Shown: piece by piece, positions 6,525 to 15,033 of the stretch
How the letters are laid out: each line of letters begins with the position of its first letter
How positions within the stretch are numbered: the stretch's first letter is position 1
Source: an uncultured virus (IMG/VR IMGVR_UViG_3300032116_000116)
Taxonomy: Duplodnaviria > Heunggongvirae > Uroviricota > Caudoviricetes
IMG/VR virus record: IMGVR_UViG_3300032116_000116
Coordinates: 57,753 to 77,752 of that record
DNA: 20,000 nt
Direction: 5' to 3' (one strand)
The notes under the pieces: generated by a model
What the model was told of the DNA's origin: nothing
The model's input: the letters and a program-made list of their open reading frames with translations, nothing else
The model's database searches: none
Made by a program: the position numbers and the translations under genes

Positions 6525-6757
6525 TTTCCATATGTTTTGTTATAGTATTTTATTGAACTTTTATCGATCATTTCGTCAGTACATCCGGCATGTTTCATAT
6601 ATGGTGATTCTCTTTTGTATGCCTCAATTATCTGATCCTTCTCAATTTGTTTGGCTATTTTTTTCAATTCATATAACCTTTGGGTTGTTAATATTTTCTC
6701 TATTTTAGCATGATTAATTCTTTCAACTAACCAATCTACTGCTGTTTCCTGTGACAT
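6521..6757 (-). CDS. TAVEW-family small phage protein (78 aa)
   Basis: MSQETAVDWLVERI...IAKQIEKDQIIEAY...YYNKTYGK*. Confidence 0.8.
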   Translation of the reverse strand: MSQETAVDWLVERINHAKIEKILTTQRLYELKKIAKQIEKDQIIEAYKRESPYMKHAGCTDEMIDKSSIKYYNKTYGK

Positions 6758-6764
6758 AAAATTT

Positions 6765-6920
6765 TTATATTTGTTTCTTAAAATATGTTAAAGGTAATTT
6801 AACATCGTTAGATTTAACATAATATGAATTGATGTTCATCCATCTTTCCTGTTTATTGTTTTCACAAATGAAATATAATTTTGAAAGTGTGTGAAACACA
6901 ATGTCACCTACGATTATCAT
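6765..6920 (-). CDS. Small hypothetical protein missing from the ORF track (51 aa, MIIVGDIVFHTLSKLYFICEN...)
   Basis: Translated by hand. It has an A-rich leader and fills the gap. Confidence 0.6.
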   Translation of the reverse strand: MIIVGDIVFHTLSKLYFICENNKQERWMNINSYYVKSNDVKLPLTYFKKQI

Positions 6921-6960
6921 TTTTATTTTTACTTTATGGTATTATACCTTTTAGTATAAA

Positions 6961-7224
6961 TTATTGTTTGGGATACGTTTTCGCATCTGAAAATGATTCT
7001 ATTGAAACGAATTCGGAATGAAGATGTTCAATAATTTCTTTCATTAATTCATGATCGGGTTTACCGTCATCTTTTTCAGAAAGTTTAACCAATAAAGATA
7101 TTCCCGATACAAGTATATGAGACATTTCACTAAAACTTAATTTTGGTTGAGTTGGTGGTAACTTAATAAAAACATTTGATTTACCATCTAAAATTTCAGT
7201 CTCAACAATTACACTTAAATTCAT
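6961..7224 (-). CDS. Hypothetical protein (87 aa)
   Basis: TAATG overlap with the HAD gene. Confidence 0.75.
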   Translation of the reverse strand: MNLSVIVETEILDGKSNVFIKLPPTQPKLSFSEMSHILVSGISLLVKLSEKDDGKPDHELMKEIIEHLHSEFVSIESFSDAKTYPKQ

Positions 7225-7745
7225 TAGTCTTCATTTTTTAAAATTTTTATTAATTTTTCTTTAATTCCACTTTGTTTAATACCTTCACTTTCTTTGGGTG
7301 TTAAAACAAAATTGTCACCAAGAAATAAACTCATATCTAAATCATCAACACTAACCCAACTTGTGATATCATTTTTATCTTCCAACCATTTTTTTATTTC
7401 TAATGATCTAAGAAGTTCTAATGTACCTGATTGATTGATTATGGGTGTGAAGTCTATTGGTTTTTTTATTACACCCATAAGTTCATAATACTTACCAATA
7501 TCTTCTAATGATCCGTGAAGTTTCCAATCTGAACTAACAACTATCTCAGCATCGGTTTCAGTTAAAACTTCATTTAAAACTTTAACTGCCTTCTTATCAA
7601 AATTATCAAATCTAAATTCAATCGGAACTTCTCTTAATGTCATAGACATTTTCATTCTACCCCACTTCTTTTGTTTCTTATAACGAGAACCAAAATTATT
7701 TGATAGACAAATTACACCATCGTGATCCAAGAATAGAATCTTCAT
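7224..7745 (-). CDS. HAD-superfamily phosphatase, Swiss-army-knife RNA-repair-like (HAD_SAK_2)
   Basis: Motif I FLDHDGV, motif II IVVSSDWK, R..EI..WL, motif IV VSVDD. Confidence 0.8.
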   Translation of the reverse strand: MKILFLDHDGVICLSNNFGSRYKKQKKWGRMKMSMTLREVPIEFRFDNFDKKAVKVLNEVLTETDAEIVVSSDWKLHGSLEDIGKYYELMGVIKKPIDFTPIINQSGTLELLRSLEIKKWLEDKNDITSWVSVDDLDMSLFLGDNFVLTPKESEGIKQSGIKEKLIKILKNED

Positions 7746-7930
7746 TTATTAAAATTAGTTTTGGATTCAAATAAATCACAAGTGTGATTTTTACTTGGTA
7801 TTGATTCCAGTTTAATTTCTTTTTTTGGATTACAACATTTTAAACCTTGCCCTACACCAACCAACCAAGCAATATACTTACAGTTATAACAAACTTTATC
7901 TTCTGATTTTATTTCATTTGTTGTTTCCAT
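7742..7930 (-). CDS. Small Cys-rich hypothetical protein (62 aa)
   Basis: CYNCKY...CCNP...CDLF. Confidence 0.7.
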   Translation of the reverse strand: METTNEIKSEDKVCYNCKYIAWLVGVGQGLKCCNPKKEIKLESIPSKNHTCDLFESKTNFNK

Positions 7931-8489
7931 TTATAACATTATTTAAATTATATTTCTCTTTAATATTATTTAACTGTGGACATTCTTTATTTACAAGAGT
8001 TTCGTCTGAATCTATCGAACCATACATATGATGACCACACTCATATTCCCTATCCCATGCATGGAGTGAACTACCTTCTCTTTTAAGTTTGGATCCACAC
8101 ACACTACATATTGTCTTATCAAATACTTCAACTTTTCTTGGAATGACACTATCAATCATTCTATTTACAATTGCTTCAGACATAGAAACATTTTCTTTTT
8201 TCAAATTTTTAAGTTCTTCCGTAGTCATTACAACAACTTCACCATAACTTGTTATTGAATGATTTGGGTTGTTTGTATAAACATCAACAATTCCATTATC
8301 CCCATAATATTCGTCACAAAGTTCCTGAACGGAAAAACAATTGTAGTGTATATCCCAATTTATAGAACCATAGCACCTAAGTTTAGTCAAATATACAAAT
8401 CCGTCAGAATATTCTCTAATCTGTCCTCTAACTTCATGAAGTTCATCCTGCAACTTATTCATCTTATCTAGTAGATCTTGTATTTTCAT
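7914..8489 (-). CDS. Hypothetical protein with C-terminal zinc-ribbon-like motif (191 aa)
   Basis: N-terminal coiled-coil-like segment, then CSVCG...ECGH...ECP near the C-terminus. Confidence 0.75.
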   Translation of the reverse strand: MKIQDLLDKMNKLQDELHEVRGQIREYSDGFVYLTKLRCYGSINWDIHYNCFSVQELCDEYYGDNGIVDVYTNNPNHSITSYGEVVVMTTEELKNLKKENVSMSEAIVNRMIDSVIPRKVEVFDKTICSVCGSKLKREGSSLHAWDREYECGHHMYGSIDSDETLVNKECPQLNNIKEKYNLNNVINGNNK

Positions 8490-8535
8490 TTTACACTTTT
8501 TAAAAGTTTTACTTTACATATTTTTATAAAAAAAA

Positions 8536-8742
8536 TCACCAACTTTCGTAGTCTGTTAAATTAATATCTAATTCAGGTACATCATCTCTACCTGCCAATA
8601 CAATATCTCCTATTCCAGTTGGAATAAACTTAAACCAATAACCACCACCCGCCGCACCGAACTTACCCTCATCTACTTTAGGTAAATTCTTTTTCCACTT
8701 ATTATACTTTTTAATTTGTTTATCGGTAAGTTCAAATATCAT
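8536..8742 (-). CDS. Conserved phage hypothetical protein (68 aa)
   Basis: GAAGGGYWFKFIPTGIG...LTDYESW pattern. Confidence 0.75.
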   Translation of the reverse strand: MIFELTDKQIKKYNKWKKNLPKVDEGKFGAAGGGYWFKFIPTGIGDIVLAGRDDVPELDINLTDYESW

Positions 8743-8764
8743 AGTATATGAATTTAATATAAAA

Positions 8765-9328
8765 TCATTTATCTAATTTAACTTTTATTTTATTACAATC
8801 TTTACTTCTTAAATGTACAGACGAATCAACAGTAATTGAACTTCTGTCGGGATCCGATTTCCAAAATTCATGTCTTATTACCTGATGAATATCATAGGCG
8901 ACCCTACAACTTTCATCTACATCTGGACTATATATGCCGTAACTTCCGTTATTGGGGATTTCTTCTTGGAGAAGCACATTTCTTCCTTGATTAAGAATTC
9001 TTTCTGCCTTGTCTCTTATATCGTGATATAAACCATAATCAATAGATAATTTAATATTCTCAACATCAGTCCATTCTCTAATCTCTTCTCCATTTCCCCA
9101 ACTTCCCTTTGTTTTAATATACCCATCACCAATTTCAACAACATCACCTCTTTCTGTTCTATCACCGACTTCTAATTTCTTTTTTGGTCTGAGTTTGTCG
9201 GCCAATATTCTTTCGTATGTGGGATGTTCTTTGATTGCCCACATTTGTCCGATACCAACTCTTGAATAAAAATCAAGCGCTTTTTGTATGAGTTGTAATT
9301 GTTCGTTGGTTACAGTTAATGTTGCCAT
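8765..9328 (-). CDS. Hypothetical phage protein (187 aa)
   Basis: ORF track; QKALDFYSRVGIGQ...AYDIHQVIRH. Function unknown. Confidence 0.8.
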   Translation of the reverse strand: MATLTVTNEQLQLIQKALDFYSRVGIGQMWAIKEHPTYERILADKLRPKKKLEVGDRTERGDVVEIGDGYIKTKGSWGNGEEIREWTDVENIKLSIDYGLYHDIRDKAERILNQGRNVLLQEEIPNNGSYGIYSPDVDESCRVAYDIHQVIRHEFWKSDPDRSSITVDSSVHLRSKDCNKIKVKLDK

Positions 9329-9357
9329 GGTTTATTTTTTGCCTTCTGATTTTTCTT

Positions 9358-10257
9358 TTATTTTTTTATATTTTCATAATTTTTAACAAAAAAATCTATT
9401 GTTTCGTTCAATCCATCTTCTATATTAGTGAACTTAAAATCTTTTAATATTTTTTTTAGTTTTGTGTTATCAGATGGTTTTCTAAACTGACCGCTAGGTT
9501 TTGTTTTATCCCATCTTATTTCTTTTTTATATCCCATTATCTTTGTCACCAAATTTGCAACTTCTTTTATTGATATTTCTTCAGAGTTAGATAATATTAT
9601 CGGTTCTGTTTTATTATATTCGTTTAATAACCTATCACATATATTGGATACATCTCTAGAAAATATGAACTCTCTTAAAGATTTACCGTCTCCCCATAAT
9701 TCTAAAATTGTATCGTATTTTATAGATAAATAACATTTATGAATTATTGCAGGTAAAACATGACCATTTTCTAAATTATAATTGTCTTTTGGTCCATAAA
9801 CATTTGTTGGGATTACACAAAAATATTTTGTACCATATTGTTGATTATATGACTTTATTTGAATATCTGACATTCTTTTTGAATACGCATATGCGTCATT
9901 TGAATGATGTGGTGGACCAAAATGTATTTTTTCCTCAATCAATGGATATTCAATATCATCGGGGAAAACACAAGTTGACAAAAAAGCAATTAACTTTTTA
10001 ACGTTAAATTCTTTTGCGTAATGAATAACATTTGTATTCATTATTATATTTTGATAGAAAAAATCGCCTTTATGTCTCATATTAGAAAGAACTCCTCCGA
10101 CTTTAGCCGCAGTATGAATAACATAATCTGGTGTATGTTTTTCGTACATTAATTTCACTTGGTTAGAATCGGTAAGATCGAATTCTTTTCTACTTATTTT
10201 TGTTCCTTCTTTGAATTCACTGGCAATCAAACCATTTCCTGTTATTAATTTTTTCAT
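9358..10257 (-). CDS. fcl: GDP-L-fucose synthase (GDP-4-keto-6-deoxymannose epimerase/reductase)
   Basis: AAKVGG, STCVFP, catalytic YAYSK, PTNVYGPKDN, HVLPAII, WGDGKSLREF. Translationally coupled to gmd. Confidence 0.9.
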   Translation of the reverse strand: MKKLITGNGLIASEFKEGTKISRKEFDLTDSNQVKLMYEKHTPDYVIHTAAKVGGVLSNMRHKGDFFYQNIIMNTNVIHYAKEFNVKKLIAFLSTCVFPDDIEYPLIEEKIHFGPPHHSNDAYAYSKRMSDIQIKSYNQQYGTKYFCVIPTNVYGPKDNYNLENGHVLPAIIHKCYLSIKYDTILELWGDGKSLREFIFSRDVSNICDRLLNEYNKTEPIILSNSEEISIKEVANLVTKIMGYKKEIRWDKTKPSGQFRKPSDNTKLKKILKDFKFTNIEDGLNETIDFFVKNYENIKK

Positions 10258-11222
10258 TTATAATAATTTAACCAATAGTCTATCATCTCGTCGAGCATTG
10301 TTTCAAAAGTGTATTCATTATCCCATTTAGTTATATCTCTAAGTTTTGTTGAATCTCCTTTAAGGTCCTCTAATTCTTCTGGTCTAAAATATTTCTGATC
10401 TTGTTCCACATATTTCTTCCAATCTAAACCTAATTTTGAAAATACATATTCACATAGATCCCTAACTGAATGTGATATACCTGTTGAGCAAACAAAATCA
10501 TCTGATTTATCTAATTGTAAAATCATCCACATTGCTTTAACATAATCTTTAGCGTGGCCCCAATCTCTTGTTGCCTCTAAATTACCTAATTTTAATTTAT
10601 TAGATAATCCAAGTTTTATTTTAACCGCTTCTTTACAAACTTTGTTTGTTACAAAATTGGTTCCCCTTCTTGGTGATTCGTGATTAAATAAAATCCCATT
10701 TGATATGAACATGTTATATGAGTTCCTATAATTCCTTGAAATATTATAAGAAAAAACTTTTGCACATCCATATGGTGAAACGGGATTCATTGGTGTTGTT
10801 TCTCTTTGAAAACCATCGGAATCAATACTATTGCCGAACATCTCCGAAGAAGAGGCTTGGTATATTTTTGTGTCAGGTTTAATTAACCTAACCGCTTCAA
10901 GTAGATTTAACGTTCCTAAACCCGTGACTTGTGATGTATATATTGGTTGATCAAAAGATATTCTGACATGTGATTGTGCCGCCAAATTATATATTTCATC
11001 TGGTTGTATTTTTTGAATCACATAAATCAAAGATGATAAATCGGTCATGTCCGCATAGAATAACGTAATCTTATCGTAAATGTTATCTAATCTATACGTT
11101 TGATTTTCAGCAACAGAATTTCTTTTTAATATCCCATAAACTTTATATTTTTTTTGAATTAAAAATTCCGATAAATAAGATCCGTCTTGCCCATTTATTC
11201 CGGTTATTAGTGCTTTCTTCAT
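10254..11222 (-). CDS. gmd: GDP-mannose 4,6-dehydratase
   Basis: ITGINGQDGSYL, NLAAQSHV, YQASSSEMFG, SPYGCAK, NHESPRRG.NFVT.K, LGNLEATRDWGHAKDYV. Confidence 0.95.
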   Translation of the reverse strand: MKKALITGINGQDGSYLSEFLIQKKYKVYGILKRNSVAENQTYRLDNIYDKITLFYADMTDLSSLIYVIQKIQPDEIYNLAAQSHVRISFDQPIYTSQVTGLGTLNLLEAVRLIKPDTKIYQASSSEMFGNSIDSDGFQRETTPMNPVSPYGCAKVFSYNISRNYRNSYNMFISNGILFNHESPRRGTNFVTNKVCKEAVKIKLGLSNKLKLGNLEATRDWGHAKDYVKAMWMILQLDKSDDFVCSTGISHSVRDLCEYVFSKLGLDWKKYVEQDQKYFRPEELEDLKGDSTKLRDITKWDNEYTFETMLDEMIDYWLNYYK

Positions 11223-11233
11223 TTATTTTATTT

Positions 11234-11761
11234 TTATGCTTCATTAGTTGAAATTATACCATTACTTGCTAACATTATTCTACGAATATTTGTTGGTTGT
11301 AGTTTGTATTCTGGTCTTCTTGCTTGTGATAATCTAGATTTTGCAATTCTTGAAACACAAACTTTGTTTCCTTGATTACCACCAAGAACATGATATGCAG
11401 TTTCATCTTCTCCAACGTAGAAACCAACATGACCACCACTTTTTCTTGTGAATGTTAAGATGTCCCCTAACATAGGTGTTTGTACTCTAACACCAAACTT
11501 ATTCCAATTTAAAGCCCATAGTGGACCTTCGACAACAGGTCTAGCGGCCCTGTGGATAACAATTGCAACATATAATCCACACCATGGAATTTCATCTGAT
11601 TTATAGACGTTATCTAATCCAACTTCTTTTGCCCATCCCATGATGACCGGATTGTGTTTAGGACCAACAATTTCTGTTACACCATACAATTCAACTGCCT
11701 TTAATAAATGTCTTGGTGCAGGTTCCTGTACTAACCAACGATAAGATTTTGAAATATTCAT
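11234..11761 (-). CDS. TIGR02594-family CHAP/NlpC-P60-like peptidoglycan hydrolase (putative endolysin)
   Basis: GVTEIVGPKHNP, DEIPWCG (catalytic Cys), GGHVGFYVG (His), VLGGNQGN. Confidence 0.85.
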   Translation of the reverse strand: MNISKSYRWLVQEPAPRHLLKAVELYGVTEIVGPKHNPVIMGWAKEVGLDNVYKSDEIPWCGLYVAIVIHRAARPVVEGPLWALNWNKFGVRVQTPMLGDILTFTRKSGGHVGFYVGEDETAYHVLGGNQGNKVCVSRIAKSRLSQARRPEYKLQPTNIRRIMLASNGIISTNEA

Positions 11762-11810
11762 ATTAAATGTTTTGTTTTAAAATAATGAAAAATTTCTAAT
11801 TAAACAAATT

Positions 11811-12524
11811 TTAATCAACATTTGATATAATTTCCTTTATTTTTTTAAGACCCTTGTATTCTAAAATCGAATCGGACATTGAATTAATACTTTCTCTTAT
11901 TATTTCTTTATGTTCCACCCATATCTGATTCAATGGTGTCATTTCAACTCTAACAAAAAATAAACTAATGTTATTACCCATACCAACTGTGGTTTGAACT
12001 TCTGTTCTAAAGTATATATCATCAATACTTTCCGGTATGGGTCTTTCGTATCTTGGGTGTTGACTTAATGAAGATAAGGATGAAAGTGTCCAAACATATC
12101 TCCTATATTTTGATCCCTCCCTTGACATTGCTGTCGTTATATTATCACTAGACTTTCTTAATCTTTCAGATTCGGGTACTGGTTCATGAATTTGATAAAA
12201 GGATTTACCGACAATTTCATCAGGTGAGAACCCACTTGGAAAACAAAAACATATTGCAGATAATTTACCATCCTTCATAACCGCAACATCTTCCTCTAAC
12301 CTAAGTCCAATATCTTTTATATTAAATGAGTTAACACCACAATAGTCACCAAGAATACGAACAACACTTTCGTCTTCTTGTTTACATAGATACTTTTCAA
12401 GTCTAAATAATTCTTTTTCTTTTTCTCTAATATAACTTTCACTAATAACGGGACTAAAAACTTCACCATCGTACTTAACAATATCGGGACCGATGGTGTA
12501 TTTTGGTTTTACCGGAAATACCAT
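11811..12524 (-). CDS. DUF3445 / heme-dependent oxidative N-demethylase alpha-like protein
   Basis: EEDVAVM...L.AICFCFPSGF.P...VGKSF..IHEPVP...R.VW...FRTEVQT. Confidence 0.75.
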   Translation of the reverse strand: MVFPVKPKYTIGPDIVKYDGEVFSPVISESYIREKEKELFRLEKYLCKQEDESVVRILGDYCGVNSFNIKDIGLRLEEDVAVMKDGKLSAICFCFPSGFSPDEIVGKSFYQIHEPVPESERLRKSSDNITTAMSREGSKYRRYVWTLSSLSSLSQHPRYERPIPESIDDIYFRTEVQTTVGMGNNISLFFVRVEMTPLNQIWVEHKEIIRESINSMSDSILEYKGLKKIKEIISNVD

Positions 12525-12534
12525 GTAAATTATT

Positions 12535-12657
12535 TTATCTTAAACGATTCTTACCACATTTCATTCCACCTTTCTGTGATGCTTGATATGGTGTAAGATT
12601 CCTACCACAAGAAATTAATAATGTGGTTATGAGAAGGGTTAATAATATTTTTTTCAT
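12535..12657 (-). CDS. Small lipoprotein missing from the ORF track (40 aa, MKKILLTLLITTLLISCGRNLTPYQASQKGGMKCGKNRLR)
   Basis: Classic signal peptide II with LIS-C lipobox. ATGA overlap with the upstream gene. Confidence 0.75.
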   Translation of the reverse strand: MKKILLTLLITTLLISCGRNLTPYQASQKGGMKCGKNRLR

Positions 12658-12836
12658 TTTTTACTAATTTTTATAATTTGGATCTCTTTCACGTTGGATC
12701 CAATATTACCTGTTGCCCTGATTTTTCTTTCCGCTTCGGAACTTGAATCAGATTCCATAATTAATGTTGTTCCTTGTGATAATTTACTATTGTTCGCATA
12801 AACTAAATAGTAAGTAACTTCATAATGATTTGCCAT
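12654..12836 (-). CDS. Hypothetical protein (60 aa)
   Basis: Preceded by a TAnnTTTG element. Confidence 0.7.
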   Translation of the reverse strand: MANHYEVTYYLVYANNSKLSQGTTLIMESDSSSEAERKIRATGNIGSNVKEIQIIKISKK

Positions 12837-12855
12837 AATTTCTTATTTATTTCAA

Positions 12856-12863
12856 CAAAGATA
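12856..12863 (-). promoter_or_regulatory. Bacteroidota -7 promoter element (TATCTTTG)
   Basis: CTTATCTTTGTTGAA nearly matches CTTATATTTGTTGAA at 5476-5490. No clear -33 element. Confidence 0.5.
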
Positions 12864-12871
12864 AGGTTATT

Positions 12872-13504
12872 TTATTTAATAATCTTAAATAAATGATAAT
12901 CGTATGTTTTATTTTCTATATATACAGAAATAAAATTCATTCCCCTTACTAAGAAATCATTTAAATTAATTTCATATTGTTTTTTAACCCAACATCTGTG
13001 TTTAAACAATATTCTACCGACACCATCATAAATGATTGTTATTTGATTATCAGATAAATTACCAAAATCACTTTTTAGTATACCACCGACAAACGATACT
13101 TTGTATGTACTTGATGATCTAATTGGTTTTATCACATTAGTTTCATTAAGAGATAGGACAACTAAACTCGTGTTAATTTCTAACCAACCCATATCTGGTC
13201 TAGTTATACAAGCTGTTTCGGCTTTAGCTCTAAATAATATGTTTATATTAGTTGGTCGTGCAACATATACTGTTTCACATTCTAATGCTCTAACTATTAT
13301 ATCAATAGCAGAATCTTGATCAGCTTTTGTTCTAATTCTTGCTTCACAATCTTGTTTGTTACACACTATAAAAGTGTGTTGTTCATTAGAATATCCTAAA
13401 TAGTTTATTCTAATTACATTATTTTCAAAAAACTGACCTCCGTTTTGGGAGAAAGAAAAATTTGATATTAATAGTAATAAAAATGTAATTAAATGTGTTT
13501 TCAT
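12872..13504 (-). CDS. Secreted protein with N-terminal signal peptide and T9SS type A CTD-like C-terminus
   Basis: MKTHLITFLLLLISNFSFS-Q (Gln after the cleavage site is typical of Bacteroidota). The C-terminus IYDGVGRI...INLNDFLVRGMNFISV...FKIIK resembles Por_Secre_tail. Confidence 0.65.
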   Translation of the reverse strand: MKTHLITFLLLLISNFSFSQNGGQFFENNVIRINYLGYSNEQHTFIVCNKQDCEARIRTKADQDSAIDIIVRALECETVYVARPTNINILFRAKAETACITRPDMGWLEINTSLVVLSLNETNVIKPIRSSSTYKVSFVGGILKSDFGNLSDNQITIIYDGVGRILFKHRCWVKKQYEINLNDFLVRGMNFISVYIENKTYDYHLFKIIK

Positions 13505-13535
13505 ATTAAAGGTATATACTATATATATATCTTAA

Positions 13536-13700
13536 TTATTCATTTTCGTAAGGATCGGGTGCACAAATATACTTTCTCCACCACCTACCAAATTTCGTGT
13601 CTTCATTGTTAGCAACATATACCTCACCAACAATCAAACCAAATAAAAAAATGAATGAAATTACACATAAAATGAAAAAAATGACAAGACTTTTTAACAT
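13536..13700 (-). CDS. Small single-pass membrane protein missing from the ORF track (54 aa)
   Basis: MLKSLVIFFILCVISFIFLFGLIVGEVYV...FGRWWRKYICAPDP. Divergent from 13762. Confidence 0.65.
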   Translation of the reverse strand: MLKSLVIFFILCVISFIFLFGLIVGEVYVANNEDTKFGRWWRKYICAPDPYENE

Positions 13701-13748
13701 AAAAATAATTTTAATCCGAAGTTAATAAATATTTTCAATAAAAAAAAA

Positions 13749-13755
13749 TATTTAT
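13749..13755 (+). promoter_or_regulatory. TATTTAT motif, putative phage late promoter element
   Basis: 6 nt upstream of the ATG at 13762; same motif as 244-250. Confidence 0.35.
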
Positions 13756-13761
13756 TTAGAT

Positions 13762-14586
13762 ATGAAACTATTAAAAACGGTATACGATATATTATTATTA
13801 GAATATAGTGAAAAATTAATTGGGGGTCTTGTAAATAAATTTACAGAGGAAAAACCCGATTTATCAAGTGAAATTGCTAGATTTTATATAAAAAGATTTA
13901 AAGAACTTAAGGATTCCCCAAATATTGGAGAAAAGGACATAACAAGGTATTCTTGGAATGAATTGGAAAAAGTGGTCGATAGTAACCAAAAAAGAAAAAT
14001 AAAAACAGGTAAAATTGATTTAACATCAGATGACCCAAATTTAATCTACAATAATAATGGTATTAGATTATATAAGTCAAATACATTAGAATCATGTGTA
14101 AAATATGGTGCGGGTTATAGATTTTGTATATCATCAAGAGGTTTAAAGAATCAATATCATGAATATAGGGTACATAAAGGAGGTACGATATATTTCATTT
14201 TCAACGATAATTTACCAAAAGAAATGGATGATCAAAGTAATTTTGGTGATCCGAGACATGTAATGGTTATTATTGTTTATAAAAACAAATACACAGTAAC
14301 CGACGCCACAAATAGACAGGAAGAAGAATATTATAATTTAGAGGATATGGTTAAAAAATATCCTTGGATTGGTGAGATAAAAAATTATCTTGTTGAGGTT
14401 AAACCAAAAAACTTCGACACCGAATTAATGAATTTAAAAAGAAATTACGAAAAAGATAAAAGAGAAATCGAATCTCAGTTACAAAATGATCCGACCAACA
14501 ACGAACTAATTTTTAAATTAGATGACTTAACAAAAAACTTTAGATCTGAAGTTCAAAAATTAAGAATTGAATTTAATAAATTTTAA
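13762..14586 (+). CDS. Phage protein with the S-x-x-YG-x(4)-[FW]C domain, possibly virion-internal (274 aa)
   Basis: KDITRYSWNEL...ESCVKYGAGYRFCISS...Y...GTIYFIFN parallels the same segments in 16833..17867. Confidence 0.8.
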   Translation: MKLLKTVYDILLLEYSEKLIGGLVNKFTEEKPDLSSEIARFYIKRFKELKDSPNIGEKDITRYSWNELEKVVDSNQKRKIKTGKIDLTSDDPNLIYNNNGIRLYKSNTLESCVKYGAGYRFCISSRGLKNQYHEYRVHKGGTIYFIFNDNLPKEMDDQSNFGDPRHVMVIIVYKNKYTVTDATNRQEEEYYNLEDMVKKYPWIGEIKNYLVEVKPKNFDTELMNLKRNYEKDKREIESQLQNDPTNNELIFKLDDLTKNFRSEVQKLRIEFNKF

Positions 14587-15032
14587 TTTTTTCTTTTCGG
14601 TGGATTAAAGTTTCTTCTTAACCATTCAATCAATGGAATTGCGTCTGTAAATGGGCCACCGAATGGTGGGTAATTTTCATTAGAATATTCCTCATAAATT
14701 TCATCCCATTTTTCATTTGATATCATATTTTCATATGATTCTCTAAGATTTGAATTTGGGTCTTCCGGATTTTCCAAAGAATCCATAAAAATAGACATAT
14801 CTCTCTCAAGTAATTCTAACATACCAATTCTTTGTAATATTTTCGCCCTGTATAAAGTTTGATCACTTAAATAAATTTTAATGATGTCGAAAATAACATT
14901 GGAACCTATATCTGATTCTAAACAATAAAGTTCATCTTCTGGATGAAGTTGTATTTCATTTTTTGTTTTGTCTTTAATTGATTCGTATTTTACAAACCAA
15001 TTTTGATCTTTTTTAATTAACAAACCGACCAT
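14583..15032 (-). CDS. Hypothetical protein (149 aa)
   Basis: Converges on 13762..14586 with overlapping stop codons. Confidence 0.75.
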   Translation of the reverse strand: MVGLLIKKDQNWFVKYESIKDKTKNEIQLHPEDELYCLESDIGSNVIFDIIKIYLSDQTLYRAKILQRIGMLELLERDMSIFMDSLENPEDPNSNLRESYENMISNEKWDEIYEEYSNENYPPFGGPFTDAIPLIEWLRRNFNPPKRKN

Positions 15033-15033
15033 A

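Noticed and set aside
13564..13571. TATATTTG promoter-like element
   Set aside because: It lies inside the coding sequence of 13536..13700 with no clear -33 element. It could drive 12872..13504 but cannot be supported.
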